A DNA stretch of 32,000 nt, taken from contig NC_006624.1 of the NCBI RefSeq assembly GCF_000009965.1, positions 990,001 to 1,022,000 of the forward strand, read 5' to 3'. Shown piece after piece: positions 1 through 8,469 of this stretch. The notes beneath the pieces are model-generated. The model searched no databases, was not told the origin of the DNA, and saw only the letters and a program-made list of their open reading frames with translations. The first letter of the stretch is position 1; every line of letters begins with the position of its first letter. Origin of the DNA: Thermococcus kodakarensis KOD1. GTDB lineage: Archaea > Methanobacteriota_B > Thermococci > Thermococcales > Thermococcaceae. The position numbers were made by a program, and so were the translations under genes.

Positions 1-157
1 CGGTATTTTGAATCGATAAGAGTTGTAAATAATTACTAAATATCATAATCATGAAATGGAAAATCTTATATCTACTCACAACTTATTATATTACAGTAGT
101 ACATTGTGACCCAACTGAGTAAATCCACATGGTTAATTCCAAAGTGGAGGTGAGCAA

Positions 158-634
158 ATGAAGCCCCGCTCTCTCCTTTATCTCTTCCTCTTCCCCGCAT
201 GGGAGTTCCTACTCATGATTTTGCTCCCTTCAGAATACTACGTCGGAGCTTCTTGCCTCCAGATTCGTCCTCATCCGATCTGTGCCTTCCACTTTAGTCC
301 ATCAGCAACTTTCGTTCTCCTCGTAACGGCGCCGTTCCTAATCTCAATTATCCTTGGCCTCTGGAAGGAATGGGGTGAACTTGTAGCATTTGGAATCCCT
401 TCGCTTGCCGTTGTACTGGTAACGCTCCTTCTCTTAGACCTCTTCGAAAAGTCATGGATTCCCCCGGCTGGGGCCGGAATAACCTCTGCGGTCTTGTATA
501 GTGTTCCAGGCATGGGTATAAGACTGAATTACTCTACAAAAAGAGTGGAGAGACTGGTATGGGCAACCACATCATTCATAGTTTCGTTTATCATTTGTGT
601 TATGGTATGGGGTGGAACATCTGTGGCGGTGTGA
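158..634 (+). CDS. hypothetical polytopic membrane protein (158 aa)
   Basis: Complete ORF with GGAGGTGA just upstream of ATG 158. Several long hydrophobic segments (e.g. FVLLVTAPFLISIILGLW, SLAVVLVTLLLLDLF, TSFIVSFIICVMVW). No family recognised. Confidence 0.55.
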   Translation: MKPRSLLYLFLFPAWEFLLMILLPSEYYVGASCLQIRPHPICAFHFSPSATFVLLVTAPFLISIILGLWKEWGELVAFGIPSLAVVLVTLLLLDLFEKSWIPPAGAGITSAVLYSVPGMGIRLNYSTKRVERLVWATTSFIVSFIICVMVWGGTSVAV

Positions 635-754
635 AGTAGGATACAGCACCAATATAAGTCCTAATACCGATGAAAAAGAGGGATCATTTTACGATAGACA
701 ACCATAATGTTTTTAAGAAAGATGCCGTACTCACAACATACGGAGGAGAGTTCA

Positions 755-1456
755 ATGAGAGGACCCCATGTTGCCTTCATATTGCTGGTTGTTATATGGG
801 CACTGATTGCTGTGGAAGTCTCCCAACCTTCTGAGAAAATCCATTGTTTCTCCAAGGTGCCGGTGAACGTGAGCGGCATCAAACCTCCTATTGTCAGCGG
901 TCCGGGCTTCCCTCCAGAGGCAGGGTTTAAGGGAATAACCCTCGACGAGGTTGTAAATGGAAGTCCGAGGCACGTACTCGTCGGCTTCTTCAACTTCAAG
1001 CCCTTAAACTGGACCGAAAAAAAGCCGAAGTGCTACTTTAAGAGGCTGGAGGGCTTTTCAGAGAACTGGATCGGCTTTGTTCTGCCAGGAGCTTCCACAG
1101 AGAGCATCACACTCTCCAGTAAGGTTTATTTAGCCCTCTATGTATATCCCAAGGAGACCTCCGTCGTGATCTCGAAGATTGAGTATGCGGAGAATCCTGA
1201 GGATTCAAAAATAGTGGAAGCTTTTCGCCTCGAATACCCCAAGAACCCCGAGGAGTACGTTGCGGAGTACCTAGACTCTCTCGAAAAAGCCGGCTACACC
1301 AAAGTTAGAGAGCTCAAGAAGGGAGCGATCTTTGAGAGAGATGACGATACCCTGCTCGCTCTGGAAATTGAAGACGATGCTAACTTCTACTTAATACTAG
1401 TGAAGGGGAGTCATGAGGACGTTTTAAGAGTTGCGGAAATCCTGAGTGAGGGGTGA
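755..1456 (+). CDS. hypothetical secreted or membrane-anchored protein (233 aa from ATG 755)
   Basis: The ORF track starts at 707, but ATG 755 follows GGAGGAGAG (742-750) and a TATA-like TTTTTAAG (710-717). The N-terminus MRGPHVAFILLVVIWALIAV looks like a signal peptide or anchor. The C-terminal half is acidic. No family recognised. Confidence 0.55.
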   Translation: MRGPHVAFILLVVIWALIAVEVSQPSEKIHCFSKVPVNVSGIKPPIVSGPGFPPEAGFKGITLDEVVNGSPRHVLVGFFNFKPLNWTEKKPKCYFKRLEGFSENWIGFVLPGASTESITLSSKVYLALYVYPKETSVVISKIEYAENPEDSKIVEAFRLEYPKNPEEYVAEYLDSLEKAGYTKVRELKKGAIFERDDDTLLALEIEDDANFYLILVKGSHEDVLRVAEILSEG

Positions 1457-1465
1457 TGGATTCCC

Positions 1466-1936
1466 ATGAAGTTCCGAGATTTCCTCATACATCTTTCCAT
1501 TCTCGGTTTGGCTACCGTTTGGGAGATTTTTCTTGCCTACCAGCGCTGGCTGGAGAAATACTACATCAGAGGCGAGAGTATTAAGCTCTGGGACAGGATC
1601 TTTACGTGCCATATATGGTACTCGCCAACTCCAATCTTCGTCATCCTCGTTCTCCTCCCGGCCATAGTCATCCTTGCATTGTATGTCTATCTTAGGAGCC
1701 CTATCCTCAAAAAATCTGGTTTGTCAATAGGAGCGCCAATACTCACAGTGGTGCTGATGCCCATTTTTTCTGATGAGACTACTAAATGGCTGTGGGGGAT
1801 CCTCATCGTCTCCATCCTGAGCGGCATTGTTCTCGGAGAGGGAAAGCTGGAGAAAGTCCTATTGGCAGTCCAGGGCTTCTTCCCAGCGTTGATGGTTCTC
1901 ATGATCATAAGCACAGGACTTCACGTCACGTGTTGA
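1466..1936 (+). CDS. hypothetical polytopic membrane protein (156 aa), possible distant paralog of 158-634
   Basis: ATG preceded by GAGGGGTGATGG, 9 nt after the stop of the upstream gene. Four hydrophobic segments. Size and topology are similar to the 158-aa protein (HFSPSATFVLLV versus WYSPTPIFVILV). Confidence 0.55.
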   Translation: MKFRDFLIHLSILGLATVWEIFLAYQRWLEKYYIRGESIKLWDRIFTCHIWYSPTPIFVILVLLPAIVILALYVYLRSPILKKSGLSIGAPILTVVLMPIFSDETTKWLWGILIVSILSGIVLGEGKLEKVLLAVQGFFPALMVLMIISTGLHVTC

Positions 1937-1980
1937 GTTTTGAAACAGAGAAAGAGAAGACCAAACATGTCCTGAGAGCT

Positions 1981-2955
1981 TCACCACGTAACCAGCTGCC
2001 AGTCGAGGAGGCCGTTCTCGACTATGTACTCCCATCTATCTCTGCATTCTGGCTTCAGGTTCTCTATATAGCTTAAGTCCTGCGTGGCTGAAAACTTCTT
2101 TATGGCCTTGCCGATGACTCTGTCGTAGTCGGTGAGGCAGTTGTGAGGTCCGCGCTTCGAGCCTGCACCAACGGGATCGCTCAGGATTCTCTTGTTGGGA
2201 AACTTCCTCTTCGCCCAGATGAGAACCTCCACCGCGCTCCAGAGCCAGGGCGGGCGGTATTCCTTCTTCTCCCAGAGCCTCTCGTAGAGCGTCCCCTTCT
2301 GGATGTCCGTTATGTTGATGGAGAAGGTGTCCGTGTAGGGTTCTGCCTTGATTATGCTCTCTTTAGCGTCCTCTACTCCATCGCGCTCGGAGAGGAATAT
2401 CGGCTTGAGGAGAAGGTAAGTCTTGACCTTGGCGCCGGCCTTGTGTGTTATCTCAGCCGCCTTCACAAAGTCGGCAAAGGTGTTCCCCTTGTTTATGGAA
2501 ACGTCAGCAACGTCGTCGTTGGCAGTCTCAAGACCGATGGCAACTTCAAAATGTTTATCCGGGACTATCTCGGCAAGCTCTTTAACGGCTTCATACCTAA
2601 CAAGCTCGCTCCTGCTCTCGATGACGATCTCCTCGACGTTATCCATCTCCGCAAGGATTTCGAAGATTTTTCTCCTCGTTTCAGGCTTAAGCTCACCGTT
2701 GTCGAGGAATGAACCCGAGGTAAACATTCTAACCGCGAACGGCCCCTCCGTTCCCTCTATCTTCTCGAGGGCCTCCTTCACGTAGTTCACTATCGCTTCC
2801 TGAGTCCACTTTACCTTAGGCGCGGCAGTTGGATAGGAGCACATGTAGCACGCCTGACCTATACGGTAGCGGTAGCATCCTATCGTAGGCAGGATTATGA
2901 AGAGCGCCGTCCCCGGCTTTCCGGCCACGTTGTCCTCGCTCGTCCAGTAAGTCAT
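1981..2955 (-). CDS. radical SAM protein, archaeosine-biosynthesis RaSEA-like (TIGR01210-type)
   Basis: 324 aa. The N-terminal cysteine cluster GCYRYRIGQACYMCSY has C-X8-C-X2-C spacing, followed by a TIM-barrel-like pattern (VRMFTSGSFLD, IESRSE, AIGLET). The family assignment is from memory of archaeal RaSEA sequences. Promoter-like CATTTAAAAACC and AGGTGAG lie upstream on the minus strand (2956-3002). Confidence 0.6.
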   Translation of the reverse strand: MTYWTSEDNVAGKPGTALFIILPTIGCYRYRIGQACYMCSYPTAAPKVKWTQEAIVNYVKEALEKIEGTEGPFAVRMFTSGSFLDNGELKPETRRKIFEILAEMDNVEEIVIESRSELVRYEAVKELAEIVPDKHFEVAIGLETANDDVADVSINKGNTFADFVKAAEITHKAGAKVKTYLLLKPIFLSERDGVEDAKESIIKAEPYTDTFSINITDIQKGTLYERLWEKKEYRPPWLWSAVEVLIWAKRKFPNKRILSDPVGAGSKRGPHNCLTDYDRVIGKAIKKFSATQDLSYIENLKPECRDRWEYIVENGLLDWQLVTW

Positions 2956-3002
2956 TCTCTCACCTGAGGCGGGCTTGGAACCAGGGTTTTTAAATGTGAG
3001 GG

Positions 3003-4088
3003 CTAATAGATGTCCTTCTCAATGACAACGTACGCACTCACGAACCTTCCGGACACTCCTGCGGCATGGGCTTCCGACTCAGCGCCTTTTATGGCCTCCT
3101 TAACTGCTTCAACTATCTGAACGTCCGAGAGCGACTTCGACGTTCTGTTGATTCCCAACGCGAGGCTGTAGTTGCCACCACTGCCGGTTACCTTAACCCA
3201 GTTCAGAGTTATTCCCTTAATGCTGGAAAGCTTGGATACCAAGCTTCTTTCCAGGAGACCGGCTGATTCGCTCTTTTCTTCTTTCTTTGTCAGCTCCAAA
3301 AGCTCCTCTGAAAGCCCCGCCTCCTGAAGGATCTTCTCCACTTCCTTCTGCAGTTTATCCATGTCAACCTTTACTGAACCCTTGGTTGTGGAGAGCGGAA
3401 CTTCCAAGACTCTTCCACCCCTGAAGTTCACTTTCCTGCGTTGGAACCTTACGAGCGGGAGCTTCTTTACTCTCTGAATACCCAGCTCGGATATTGAAAC
3501 CGTAGTCCTGAATCCAAGTTCCCTCTCGATGTGCTCCTTGAGGGAGTCCGCAATGACTTCAGGCCCAACCTCACCAAGGGAGTACCCTTCAACGGCAACT
3601 CTAAGGACTAGCAGGTTCGTCCCAGTAAAGCCCTGTCTCACACGTCCCTTTCCATGAACCACACTTAAGGCCACGGATTTTTTCTGGAAGAGATGTTTAA
3701 CTGCTTCTATTACACCATTCTCGATTGGAAGAGCAAACTCTGGGGGAACCTCAAGGTTGATATCCAGCTGAACTATCCTGGGGGCTTCGGAAAGAGTGTC
3801 CTGGGACTGGGTTTCACTCTGAGCATCGCCTGGCTGAGTATCGTTTGGAAGTTTCAGGTCTCCGTGTAGAAAGTCGAGGGCCTCTAGTTTGTCTAGGGAG
3901 TAGATCGAGACGTTTCTAATTACCTCGGGCAACTCAAAATTGGCTGATACTGGCTGTCCGTTCGAGAACAGCACGGGTTTTATGTTCTCAGAGACAACAA
4001 GAATGAATCCACTAGCACTATTAACATAACTTAAAAGTTCATTTTTAGTCATCAGTGGTCTTGATTTCAGTAGCTCCACGTATATCAC
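3003..4088 (-). CDS. conserved-looking hypothetical protein (361 aa) with a Q/S/T/D-rich internal linker
   Basis: Long complete ORF with host-like codon usage. GTG start at 4088, about 25-30 nt downstream of TATA-like TTTTATAC on the minus strand, so possibly leaderless. Low-complexity segment PNDTQPGDAQSETQSQDTLSEAP. No family recognised. Confidence 0.6.
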   Translation of the reverse strand: MIYVELLKSRPLMTKNELLSYVNSASGFILVVSENIKPVLFSNGQPVSANFELPEVIRNVSIYSLDKLEALDFLHGDLKLPNDTQPGDAQSETQSQDTLSEAPRIVQLDINLEVPPEFALPIENGVIEAVKHLFQKKSVALSVVHGKGRVRQGFTGTNLLVLRVAVEGYSLGEVGPEVIADSLKEHIERELGFRTTVSISELGIQRVKKLPLVRFQRRKVNFRGGRVLEVPLSTTKGSVKVDMDKLQKEVEKILQEAGLSEELLELTKKEEKSESAGLLERSLVSKLSSIKGITLNWVKVTGSGGNYSLALGINRTSKSLSDVQIVEAVKEAIKGAESEAHAAGVSGRFVSAYVVIEKDIY

Positions 4089-4185
4089 CCTCAGTGAACA
4101 TTACCAAGTGGGAGTATAAAAATGTTGCTTTTCTCCTTCTACCACTTGGGCAAGACTAAAAAGGACAAAGAGCAGATACTCAACC

Positions 4186-4965
4186 ATGCGAATCCTCGTA
4201 ACAAACGACGACGGGATATATTCAAACGGCATTCGTGCTGCCGTAAAAGCGCTCTCAAGTCTTGGAGAAGTCTATGTGGTTGCCCCGCTCTTCCAGAGAA
4301 GCGCCAGTGGAAGGGCCATGACTCTCCACAGGCCTATAAGAGCAAGGCTCGTGGACGTCCCTGGGGCAAAGGTTGCCTACGGGATAGACGGAACTCCCAC
4401 GGACAGCGTTATATTTGCCCTGGCCAGGTTTGGGGACTTTGATTTAGCTGTCAGCGGTATAAACCTTGGCGAGAACCTCAGCACCGAGATAACGGTTTCA
4501 GGGACTGCATCGGCAGCTATCGAAGCGGCAACCCATGAGGTCCCAAGTATAGCTATAAGCCTTGAGGTAGACTGGAAAAAGACCCTCGGGGAAGGAGAGG
4601 GCATTGACTTCTCAGTTGCTTCACATTTCCTTAAAAGGATAACAAGGGCAGTACTTGAGAAGGGTCTCCCAGAGGGAGTCGACATGCTTAACGTCAACGT
4701 ACCAAGCAACGCAACTCCAGAGACGGAAATTGCAATAACCCGCCTAGCAAGGAAGCGCTACTGTCCAACGATTGAAGAAAGGGTAGATCCCAGAGGGCAT
4801 CCCTACTACTGGATAGTTGGACAGAAGAGGGAAGAGTTTGAGCCCGGAACCGACGCTTACGCTCTTAAGATCGAGAGAAAGGTCAGCGTAACACCGATAA
4901 ACATTGATATGACTGCCAGGGTGAATTTCGAGGAAGTAAGAAAGGTGCTGTTTGCACAACCGTGA
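4186..4965 (+). CDS. surE: 5'/3'-nucleotidase SurE
   Basis: The N-terminus MRILVTNDDGIYSNGIRA is the SurE signature (DDG metal site). The 259-aa length is typical; SGINLGEN motif present. Confidence 0.9.
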   Translation: MRILVTNDDGIYSNGIRAAVKALSSLGEVYVVAPLFQRSASGRAMTLHRPIRARLVDVPGAKVAYGIDGTPTDSVIFALARFGDFDLAVSGINLGENLSTEITVSGTASAAIEAATHEVPSIAISLEVDWKKTLGEGEGIDFSVASHFLKRITRAVLEKGLPEGVDMLNVNVPSNATPETEIAITRLARKRYCPTIEERVDPRGHPYYWIVGQKREEFEPGTDAYALKIERKVSVTPINIDMTARVNFEEVRKVLFAQP

Positions 4966-5024
4966 ACGTTGCCAACATATGGGGGGGCCCGATGGGGTTA
5001 ATATGGAGCATGGTCAGAGCGGCC

Positions 5025-5040
5025 AAAAAACTTAAAAACC
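5025..5040 (+). promoter_or_regulatory. candidate BRE/TATA promoter for the tRNA-Ser/tRNA-Cys transcription unit
   Basis: AAAAAACTTAAAAACC is centred about 35 nt upstream of the mature tRNA-Ser 5' end, which would give a short leader. Confidence 0.4.
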
Positions 5041-5071
5041 CTCCCTGGCTCATATAAGCTGGGCGTCGAAT

Positions 5072-5157
5072 GCCGCGGTAGCCTAGCCTGGTAGGGCGCC
5101 GGCCTGCTAAGCCGGTGGGCGGTGCCCACCGGGGTTCAAATCCCCGCCGCGGCGCCA
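5072..5157 (+). tRNA. tRNA-Ser(GCU): tRNA-Ser (anticodon GCU), long variable arm, genomically encoded CCA
   Basis: Cloverleaf folded by hand. Acceptor GCCGCGG/CCGCGGC. Anticodon stem CCGGC/GCCGG with loop CTGCTAA. Variable arm GGGC-GGT-GCCC. T arm CGGGG-TTCAAAT-CCCCG. Discriminator G followed by CCA. Confidence 0.93.
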
Positions 5158-5179
5158 GCTTACTTTCTTCGGGTTCAAT

Positions 5180-5254
5180 GCCGGGATAGCCTAGAGGCGA
5201 GGCGAGGGACTGCAGATCCCTTTCACCCGGGTTCAAATCCCGGTCCCGGCTCCA
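5180..5254 (+). tRNA. tRNA-Cys(GCA): tRNA-Cys (anticodon GCA), genomically encoded CCA
   Basis: Acceptor GCCGGGA/TCCCGGC. D stem GCCT/AGGC. Anticodon stem AGGGA/TCCCT with loop CTGCAGA. T arm CCGGG-TTCAAAT-CCCGG. Discriminator U (a Cys identity element) followed by CCA. It lies 22 nt after tRNA-Ser. Confidence 0.93.
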
Positions 5255-5324
5255 ATCTTCTTCATAACCTTTTCCCACAGGAAAACGATATAAGGTTCAG
5301 GATACAAATCGTTAGGGTGGTCTA

Positions 5325-5789
5325 ATGTCAATAGTACCGAGACAGAAGAAAGAGCTCACACCCCTTGAGAACACCGCACTCAAGTGGATGAACTTCGCCT
5401 TCGACCTAGTTGTGATAGTCCTAGCCCTCCTTACGATGGCATACGTTCTCTACGCCATCTACGATCTGGCTGAAATCATGCTCCAGGGATTTGACATTGA
5501 AGAAACCCTTCATGAGTTCCTGCTCGTGATCATACTCCTAGAGCTGTTTGAACTCCTAACCCTCTATATAAAGGAGCACCACGTAAGTATGCGCCGCGTT
5601 GCAGAACTTGGCGTCGTGGCACTGGTTAGGAAACTCGTTATTACCATAGATTACAAAGCTTTGGGCTGGGAACTGCTGATCGGAATGGCCGCCCTCATCT
5701 TCGTCTTGGGCTGGATATACGTTCAGGAAAGGCGGAGAATTTCCGAGGAGGAAAAGTTCATCATCGAGCGCGGACTGAACACGCAATAA
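5325..5789 (+). CDS. PsiE-like (phosphate-starvation-inducible E family) membrane protein
   Basis: 154 aa with 4 TM segments. The core LLVIILLELFELLTLYIKEHHVSMRRVAELGVVALVRKLVIT resembles the PsiE core (YFLYFEFIALIVKYF...YIGITAIVRLIIV). AGGGTGG RBS upstream. Confidence 0.55.
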   Translation: MSIVPRQKKELTPLENTALKWMNFAFDLVVIVLALLTMAYVLYAIYDLAEIMLQGFDIEETLHEFLLVIILLELFELLTLYIKEHHVSMRRVAELGVVALVRKLVITIDYKALGWELLIGMAALIFVLGWIYVQERRRISEEEKFIIERGLNTQ

Positions 5790-5822
5790 CTGCAACTCCC
5801 AACATTAAAATCACCGATCTGG

Positions 5823-6929
5823 CTAATACGATCCATATTCCCGAGCCCACATCTCGTACTTTTTGATTAATGCAGGCGTAATTGGACTCTTTATTCTCCG
5901 CAATCCGTATCTAAAATCTTCCATCTCAATTGGGCGTACAGTGAGCTCCTTCCCTACTAGAGATGGGATAAGCTGAGGCTCCGAAAGTTCGGGGTTCATG
6001 TCACTCAGCATTTTGGTTATGGCCAGTCTGGCAAGGTTTGCGAGATCCCTTCCCGAGTATCTCCGTCTCACGGCTTCCTTAGCTACGGCTCTCAGATTAG
6101 CCTTAACCCTAAAGCCGGATAAATGTATCCTCAGTATTTCAACCGCGGAACTTTCGTCGGGGAGCGGTACGTATACCCTAAGAGGAAACCTGGAAAGGAT
6201 GGCATCATCAAGATCCCACGGCCGATTCGTTGCCGCGAGGGTAACAACACGCTCATTGGTGTCTGAACGCTTAAAACCGTCAATCTCAACGAGAAAAGTC
6301 GAAAGAACCCTTCTGGCAGCATCCTCGAGGGAGGAGCGCTTCATGGCCAGCGCATCGAACTCATCTATAAAGACTATGCTAGGACTTTTCTCCCTGGCGA
6401 GGTGGTAAATGGAGGCAACAAGCTTGGACGACTCTCCGAAATATTTACTCAGAACGTCGCTGACCTTAACGTTCAGAAACGTCGCCCCGAGGCTTCCCGC
6501 CACTGCACTCGCCAGAAGGCTTTTGCCAGTGCCGGGTGGCCCGAACAAGAGAATACCCTTCCAGGGTTCGAACTTCCCAGGAACCCTGGCGAGGTGAAGA
6601 CCTATAGTCCTCGATAGTACTTTTTTTGCTTCCCATAGCCCACCTACATCGTCCCAGGCAACCCTCGATGTCTGCACAACGTTGGGCAGATTAACGGACT
6701 TTCTCTGGGAATATCTATGGCCGTTCTCCAGCTCCCCCGCTCTTTTCTCCCATTGCTTGGCCATCTCCAGGTAGTAGTCGGAGAACTCCAGGTTTAGAGA
6801 AGCGAGTTCTCGGAACAAGCCGGCGCATTTAATAGCAAGTACCCTTGCCCTTGAAAATTCTCCCCTCTCCACAGCGTCCCAATACGCTCTCTCGTATTTT
6901 GAAATCAATATCTCATGGGATCTCTGCAT
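5823..6929 (-). CDS. AAA+ ATPase of the Vps4/katanin/spastin (meiotic) clade with an MIT-like N-terminal helical domain
   Basis: Walker A GPPGTGKS, Walker B IVFIDEFDAL, pore loop SKYFGES. SDVLSKYFGESSKLV closely matches Vps4 SDLVSKWMGESEKLV. The roughly 70-aa three-helix N-terminus is MIT-like. The C-terminal helix ends KKYEMWAREYGSY, like the Vps4 C-terminal helix. Confidence 0.8.
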   Translation of the reverse strand: MQRSHEILISKYERAYWDAVERGEFSRARVLAIKCAGLFRELASLNLEFSDYYLEMAKQWEKRAGELENGHRYSQRKSVNLPNVVQTSRVAWDDVGGLWEAKKVLSRTIGLHLARVPGKFEPWKGILLFGPPGTGKSLLASAVAGSLGATFLNVKVSDVLSKYFGESSKLVASIYHLAREKSPSIVFIDEFDALAMKRSSLEDAARRVLSTFLVEIDGFKRSDTNERVVTLAATNRPWDLDDAILSRFPLRVYVPLPDESSAVEILRIHLSGFRVKANLRAVAKEAVRRRYSGRDLANLARLAITKMLSDMNPELSEPQLIPSLVGKELTVRPIEMEDFRYGLRRIKSPITPALIKKYEMWAREYGSY

Positions 6930-7041
6930 CTTATTCTGATTCTCGCGGCTTCTTATAGGAATTTTGTGTAGGTGGTTATGTATGTGGTATCACCCAAAAA
7001 CCTTTTTTATAGGTAGACCCTTCTCAGTTGAGGTGGAGAAC

Positions 7042-8409
7042 ATGCTTGACATAAAGCTCATCCGCGAAAACCCAGAGATAGTAAAGAGGGATTTGATAAA
7101 GCGCGGTGAAACCGAAAAGCTGAAGTGGATAGATGAAATCCTCGAACTCGACAAGAAGTGGCGCGAGAACCTGAAGAAGATCAACCAGCTCAGGAAGGAG
7201 CGCAACCAGCTGGCGGTGCAGATAGGCAAGAGGAAGAAGGCCGGAGAGCCGATAGACGACCTCCTGAAGAGGAGCAACGAGATAGTGAAGCAGATAGAGG
7301 AGCTGGAGAAGGAGAACGAGGAGCTGAAGAAGAAGATCGACTACTACCTCTGGCGCTTGCCCAACATCACCCACGAGAGCGTCCCCGTTGGTGAGAGCGA
7401 CGAGGACAACGTCCCGATAAGGTTCTGGGGCAAGGCCAAGGTCTGGGAGGGCTTCCTCGAAACCTTCAAGGAGCAGAGCCTTGGGAAGATGGAATACGAG
7501 GTTCTCAGCTGGAGACCGAGGCTCCACGTTGACATGCTCGAACTCCTCCGCGGTGCTGACCTCGAGAGGGCCGCTAAGGTGAGCGGTGCCAGGTTCTACT
7601 ACCTCCTCAACGAGCTCGTTATCCTTGACCTTGCCTTGATACGCTTCGCTCTGGATAAGCTCATCGAGAAGGGCTTTACTCCAGTAATCCCCCCATACAT
7701 GGTTAGGCGTTTCGTTGAAGAAGGTGCAACCACCTTCGATGACTTCGAAGACGTTATCTACAAGGTCGAGGGTGAGGACCTTTACCTCATCCCGACCGCT
7801 GAGCACCCGCTCGCTGGCATGCACGCCAACGAAATCCTTGACGGAAAGGACTTACCGCTCCTCTACGTCGGCGTAAGCCCGTGCTTCAGGAAGGAGGCAG
7901 GAACTGCAGGAAAGGACACGAAGGGAATCTTCCGCGTACATCAGTTCCACAAGGTCGAGCAGTTCGTTTATTCAAGGCCGGAGGAGAGCTGGGAGTGGCA
8001 TGAAAGGATCATTGCCAACGCCGAGGAGATATTCCAGGCACTTGAGATTCCCTACCGCGTCGTGAACATTTGTACTGGAGATCTAGGCTACGTAGCAGCC
8101 AAGAAGTACGACATAGAGGCCTGGATGGCTGGCCAGGGCAAGTTCAGGGAAGTGGTTTCGGCGAGCAACTGTACCGACTGGCAGGCGAGAAGGCTTAACA
8201 TCCGCTTCCGCGACAAGACCCACGAGAAGCCCAGGTTCGTCCACACGCTCAACTCAACTGCCATAGCAACCTCAAGAGCCATCGTTGCTATCCTCGAAAA
8301 CCACCAGACGGAAGAAGGTGTAGTAAAGCTCCCGAAGGCCCTCTGGAAGTACACTGGCTTCAAGGAGATACTGCCAGCACACATGAAAGAGAAATGTTGT
8401 CAGGACTGA
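7042..8409 (+). CDS. serS: seryl-tRNA synthetase
   Basis: MLDIKLIRENPE start, N-terminal coiled-coil arm, class II motifs (FRKEAG, GDLG, NSTAIATSR). ATG 7042 follows GAGGTGG (7030-7036) and TATA-like CTTTTTTATAGG. The 6964 start in the ORF track is probably an upstream extension. Confidence 0.93.
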   Translation: MLDIKLIRENPEIVKRDLIKRGETEKLKWIDEILELDKKWRENLKKINQLRKERNQLAVQIGKRKKAGEPIDDLLKRSNEIVKQIEELEKENEELKKKIDYYLWRLPNITHESVPVGESDEDNVPIRFWGKAKVWEGFLETFKEQSLGKMEYEVLSWRPRLHVDMLELLRGADLERAAKVSGARFYYLLNELVILDLALIRFALDKLIEKGFTPVIPPYMVRRFVEEGATTFDDFEDVIYKVEGEDLYLIPTAEHPLAGMHANEILDGKDLPLLYVGVSPCFRKEAGTAGKDTKGIFRVHQFHKVEQFVYSRPEESWEWHERIIANAEEIFQALEIPYRVVNICTGDLGYVAAKKYDIEAWMAGQGKFREVVSASNCTDWQARRLNIRFRDKTHEKPRFVHTLNSTAIATSRAIVAILENHQTEEGVVKLPKALWKYTGFKEILPAHMKEKCCQD

Positions 8410-8414
8410 GGGTA

Positions 8415-8450
8415 TCTCTTCTATTTCCTCTTTGAAGATTAAAGAAGAGA
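8415..8450. terminator. inverted repeat and T-rich zone between convergent serS and nth
   Basis: TCTCTTCT (8415-8422) pairs with AGAAGAGA (8443-8450), with T-rich runs on both strands. Confidence 0.35.
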
Positions 8451-8469
8451 CCAAAGGAAAACCTCAATA

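Noticed and set aside
4883-5278. 131-aa minus-strand ORF spanning the tRNA region
   Set aside because: It lies exactly antisense to two well-folded tRNA genes. It is Gly/Arg/Pro-rich as expected from GC-rich structured RNA, with no RBS or promoter.
7024-7824. 266-aa minus-strand ORF, plus other ORFs, antisense to or out of frame with serS
   Set aside because: These are shadow ORFs inside a confidently identified serS. The composition is leucine/valine-rich and low-complexity, produced by the antisense of GAG/AAG-rich coiled-coil codons.
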